This document shows positions 30,156-33,024 of a DNA stretch of 33,024 nt, piece after piece (positions within the stretch are counted from its first letter, which is position 1; every line of letters starts with the position of its first letter). The stretch is taken from NCBI GenBank assembly GCA_041163825.1, contig JBEAQO010000129.1, forward strand, positions 1-33,024. Reading direction: 5' to 3'. The notes under the pieces were generated by a model. That model was not told where the DNA came from. It worked only from the letters and a program-made list of their open reading frames with translations, and ran no database searches. Made by a program: the position numbers and the translations under genes. Origin of the DNA: Actinomycetota bacterium. GTDB taxonomy: Bacteria > Actinomycetota > Nitriliruptoria > Nitriliruptorales > Nitriliruptoraceae.

Positions 30156-30923
30156 ATGCGGCTCGAGGGCAGGGTGGCGCTGATCACGGGCGCCGGTTCG
30201 GGCATCGGGCGCGAGACGGCCCGACGCTTCGCCGCGGAGGGCGCCTCGGTCGTCGCGGTCGACCTCGACCTCGACGCGGCGGAGGCCACGGTGGCGATGC
30301 TCGAGGGTCCCGAAGGCCTCGCGGTGCGCGCGGACGTCTCGAGCGACGAGGACAGCGCCCGGATGGTGGCCGCCGCCGAGGCGCGCTTCGGGCGGCTCGA
30401 TGTGCTGTTCAACAACGCCGGGATCTCGCACGCGGAGGACGACGATGCCGTCGCGACCGCGACGGACGTCTTCGACCTCACCATGGCGATCAACGCCCGT
30501 GGCGTGTTCCTCGGCTGCAAGCACGGGATCCCGGCGCTCCGGCGTGCAGGAGGCGGATCCATCATCAACACGGCCTCCTTCGTCGCGGTGCTCGGCGCGG
30601 CGACACCGCAGGTGGCCTACACCGCATCCAAGGGTGCGGTGCTCGCGATGACCCGCGAGCTCGCGGTCGTGCATGCCCGCGAGGGCATCCGCGTGAACGC
30701 GCTGTGCCCGGGCCCGCTGCGCACCGAGCTCCTCATGAAGTACCTCGACACGGAGGAGAAGCGCCAGCGCCGGCTCGTGCACGTCCCGATGGGCCGCTTC
30801 GGCGAGGCCTCCGAGATCGCCGGCGCGGTCGTCTACCTCGCCTCGGACGACGCCTCGTTCGTCACGGGCACGACGTTCCTGGTCGACGGTGGCATCACCT
30901 CGGCCTACGTCACGCCGGAATGA
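30156..30923 (+). CDS. Short-chain dehydrogenase/reductase (classical SDR)
   Basis: TGAGSGIGRE cofactor motif, NNAG, the catalytic Ser...YTASK (YxxxK) triad, and a PG motif. GAGGAG lies upstream of the ATG. Confidence 0.9.
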   Translation: MRLEGRVALITGAGSGIGRETARRFAAEGASVVAVDLDLDAAEATVAMLEGPEGLAVRADVSSDEDSARMVAAAEARFGRLDVLFNNAGISHAEDDDAVATATDVFDLTMAINARGVFLGCKHGIPALRRAGGGSIINTASFVAVLGAATPQVAYTASKGAVLAMTRELAVVHAREGIRVNALCPGPLRTELLMKYLDTEEKRQRRLVHVPMGRFGEASEIAGAVVYLASDDASFVTGTTFLVDGGITSAYVTPE

Positions 30924-32404
30924 GCGCGCTCGCCGCGGGGGCCGCGACCGCCGAGGCCTCGGCGGAGCGGCTCGGGCTCGTCGGGGGCCACATCGACGGC
31001 ACCGTGCTCGTCGACGGCGAGGGCCCGCCGCTCGAGCTCGTCGACCCGTCCACCGGACGTGCCTTCGCCGAGGTCGCGCGGCTCGGACCCGAGGCCGTGG
31101 ACCGGGCGGTCCGCCTGGCCCACGAACGCTTCGTCGCCGGCGTCTGGCGCGAGGCGCCGGTCCGCCGGCGTCGGGACGTGCTGCGCACGCTCGCCGACCT
31201 CGTCCGCCGCGACCAGGAGCGCCTCGCGGTCCTCGAATCGCGCAGCGCCGGCAAGCCCATCGCCGCCGCCCGCGGCGAGGTCGGCGCGGCGGCGGCGGTG
31301 TTCGACTACTACGCGGGCGCGGTCGACAAGTTCGGCGGCGCGACGATCCCGACCCAGGCCGCGGGCCACCTGCTGACCTTCCGCGAGCCGATCGGGGTCT
31401 GCGGGCTCGTCACACCGTGGAACTTCCCGCTCCTCATCCTCGCGTGGAAGCTCGCGCCCGCGCTCGCCACGGGCAACTCCGTCGTGGTCAAGCCGGCCGA
31501 GGTCACGCCGCTGACGAGCCTCGCGCTCGCGGAACTCGCGCTCGAGGCGGGGCTGCCCCGCGGCGTCCTCGCGGTCGTGCCAGGGCAGGGGTCGGTCGCG
31601 GGCGAGGCGCTGATCGGTCACGAGCTCGTGCGCAAGGTCTCGTTCACCGGCTCGACCGCGGTCGGGGTCCGGGTCATGCAGCGGGCCGCGGAGCGCATCG
31701 CGCGCGTCTCGCTCGAGCTCGGTGGCAAGTCGGCCAACCTCGTCTTCGCCGACGCCGACCTCGACGCCTGCGTCGAGTCCTCGGTGTTCGCGGTGTTCGA
31801 CAACGCGGGCCAGGACTGCTGCTCGCGCAGCCGCATCCTCGTGGAGCGCTCCATCCACGACGAGTTCGTCGCGCGCTTCTCCGAGCGCACGGCCGCGCTC
31901 CGCATCGGGCCGACCGCGGACGAGTCGACCGAGCTCGGACCCTTGATCACCGCGGAGCACCGTGCTGGGGTGGAGTCCCACCTGCAGCGGGCGCTCGACG
32001 ACGGCGCGGAGCTGGTCCTCGGCGGGCGCCGTCCCGGCGGCGACGGCTTCTATCTCGAGCCGGCCGTGCTGACCGGGGTCGGGCTCGACCTGCCGATCCT
32101 GCGCGACGAGGTCTTCGGTCCCGTCGTCGCGATCGTGCCCTTCGACTCGGAGGAGGCGGCGATCGCGCTCGCCAACGACTCGGACTACGGGCTGTCGGGA
32201 TCGCTCTGGACGCGCGATGTCGGGAGGGCGCTCCGTGTGGCTCGCGCGGTCGAGACCGGGATGCTCTCGGTGAACTCCAGCTCCTCCGTCCACGTCGAGG
32301 GGCCCTTCGGGGGCGTGAAGCGCTCCGGGATCGGACGGGAGCAGGGCATGGTCGCGCTCGAGCACTACACCGAGCTCAAGACCGTCTTCATCTCCCGTGA
32401 CTGA
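30920..32404 (+). CDS. NAD(P)-dependent aldehyde dehydrogenase (third ALDH paralog, PuuC/AldC-like)
   Basis: Contains [48 protein letters not shown] (catalytic Cys) and DEVFGPV. ATG 30920 overlaps the SDR stop (ATGA). The ORF-track start at 30704 lies inside the SDR gene. It shares an N-terminal (I/V)DPSTGRAF block with the PatD-like protein. Confidence 0.88.
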   Translation: MSALAAGAATAEASAERLGLVGGHIDGTVLVDGEGPPLELVDPSTGRAFAEVARLGPEAVDRAVRLAHERFVAGVWREAPVRRRRDVLRTLADLVRRDQERLAVLESRSAGKPIAAARGEVGAAAAVFDYYAGAVDKFGGATIPTQAAGHLLTFREPIGVCGLVTPWNFPLLILAWKLAPALATGNSVVVKPAEVTPLTSLALAELALEAGLPRGVLAVVPGQGSVAGEALIGHELVRKVSFTGSTAVGVRVMQRAAERIARVSLELGGKSANLVFADADLDACVESSVFAVFDNAGQDCCSRSRILVERSIHDEFVARFSERTAALRIGPTADESTELGPLITAEHRAGVESHLQRALDDGAELVLGGRRPGGDGFYLEPAVLTGVGLDLPILRDEVFGPVVAIVPFDSEEAAIALANDSDYGLSGSLWTRDVGRALRVARAVETGMLSVNSSSSVHVEGPFGGVKRSGIGREQGMVALEHYTELKTVFISRD

Positions 32405-32414
32405 CGCTGCGTCC

Positions 32415-33024
32415 ATGCGCATCGGGCTGCTCGTCTGCGACCACGTCGACCCGGCCATCGCGGCCGAGCTCGGCGACTACCCCGAGATGTTCCGCGACCT
32501 CTTCTCCGGTTCCCCCGAGGTCGAGCTCGTCCCCTACGACGCCGTCGGGGGCCGGCTGCCAACCGACGTCGGCGAGTGCGATGCCTGGATGACGACCGGG
32601 TCGCGTGCCGGCGTCGACGACCCCGAGCCCTGGATCGCGGGGCTGCGCGACTTCCTCGAGCGCGCGATCGCCGCGGGCCGTCCGGTCGTGGGCATCTGCT
32701 TCGGGCATCAGCTCGTCGCGCGCATCCTCGGCGGGGAGGTCGTCCGGGCGGCGCAGGGCTGGGGCGTGGGACGGCACGAGACGACGGTCGTCGCCGCCGA
32801 GCCGTGGATGCTCGATGGGCCGCGCCCTTTCGGCCTGCTGAGCTCGCACCAGGACCAGGTCGTCGCGCTCCCGGCGGGGACGCGGCTCATCGCCTCGAGC
32901 GATCACTGCCCGATCGCGATGTTCGCCCACGGCGATCACGTGCTGGCCCTGCAGGGTCACCCCGAGTTCCGGCCCGCCTACGCCGCGGCGATGCTCGAGC
33001 GCCGCCGCGCCCTGCTCGGCGACG
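32415..33024 (+). CDS. Class-I glutamine amidotransferase-fold protein (candidate gamma-glutamyl-amide hydrolase), 3' end outside the window
   Basis: This ORF is not in the ORF track because it has no stop in the window. I translated it by hand from ATG 32415: MRIGLLVCDHVDPAIAAELGDYPEMF...GRPVVGICFGHQLVARILGG...VLALQGHPEFRPAYAAAMLERRRALLGD. GICFGHQ is the nucleophile-elbow Cys motif and QGHPEF is the His-Glu motif of type-1 GATases. There is no obvious SD. An in-frame GTG at 32397 is an alternative start. Confidence 0.75.
   Translation, partial: MRIGLLVCDHVDPAIAAELGDYPEMFRDLFSGSPEVELVPYDAVGGRLPTDVGECDAWMTTGSRAGVDDPEPWIAGLRDFLERAIAAGRPVVGICFGHQLVARILGGEVVRAAQGWGVGRHETTVVAAEPWMLDGPRPFGLLSSHQDQVVALPAGTRLIASSDHCPIAMFAHGDHVLALQGHPEFRPAYAAAMLERRRALLGD

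Overview
Very GC-rich window with actinobacterial-type gene order. It is almost fully coding and nearly all on the + strand, and it splits into two parts. (1) Positions 1-13585 are housekeeping: the 3' end of glyA, wecA/rfe, two small AtpZ/AtpI-type membrane proteins, the complete F1Fo ATP synthase operon atpBEFHAGDC, then murA translationally coupled to a SpoIID/LytB-domain cell-wall protein and a CPBP (CAAX-type) intramembrane protease. The glyA-wecA-atp-murA order matches what is known from Streptomyces and Mycobacterium. (2) Positions 13598-33024 are one dense cluster of about 19.4 kb for amine, polyamine and guanidino-amine catabolism. It holds two PuuB-like FAD oxidoreductases, three aldehyde dehydrogenases (one clearly PatD/YdcW-like), two class-III aminotransferases, alanine dehydrogenase, a PotDABC-type ABC importer fused in one operon to an agmatinase-family ureohydrolase, a glutamine-synthetase-like gamma-glutamyl-amine synthetase, an SDR and a class-I glutamine-amidotransferase-fold protein that is cut by the window end. 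No regulator gene is visible in this cluster. I saw no rRNA, tRNA, CRISPR array, transposase, integrase or obvious defence or toxin system. I do not see a clear-cut new system. The most interesting points are: the GS-like/SDR/ALDH/GATase module, which resembles the only partly characterised GlnA4-type gamma-glutamyl amino-alcohol route; the transporter-ureohydrolase-ALDH operon, whose substrate is ambiguous; a CX5CX2CX3C insertion in an omega-aminotransferase; an Asp at the fosfomycin-target Cys position of MurA; and several GC-rich stem-loops and repeats in the few intergenic gaps. All product calls rest on motifs I recognised by eye in the supplied translations. No database search was run.
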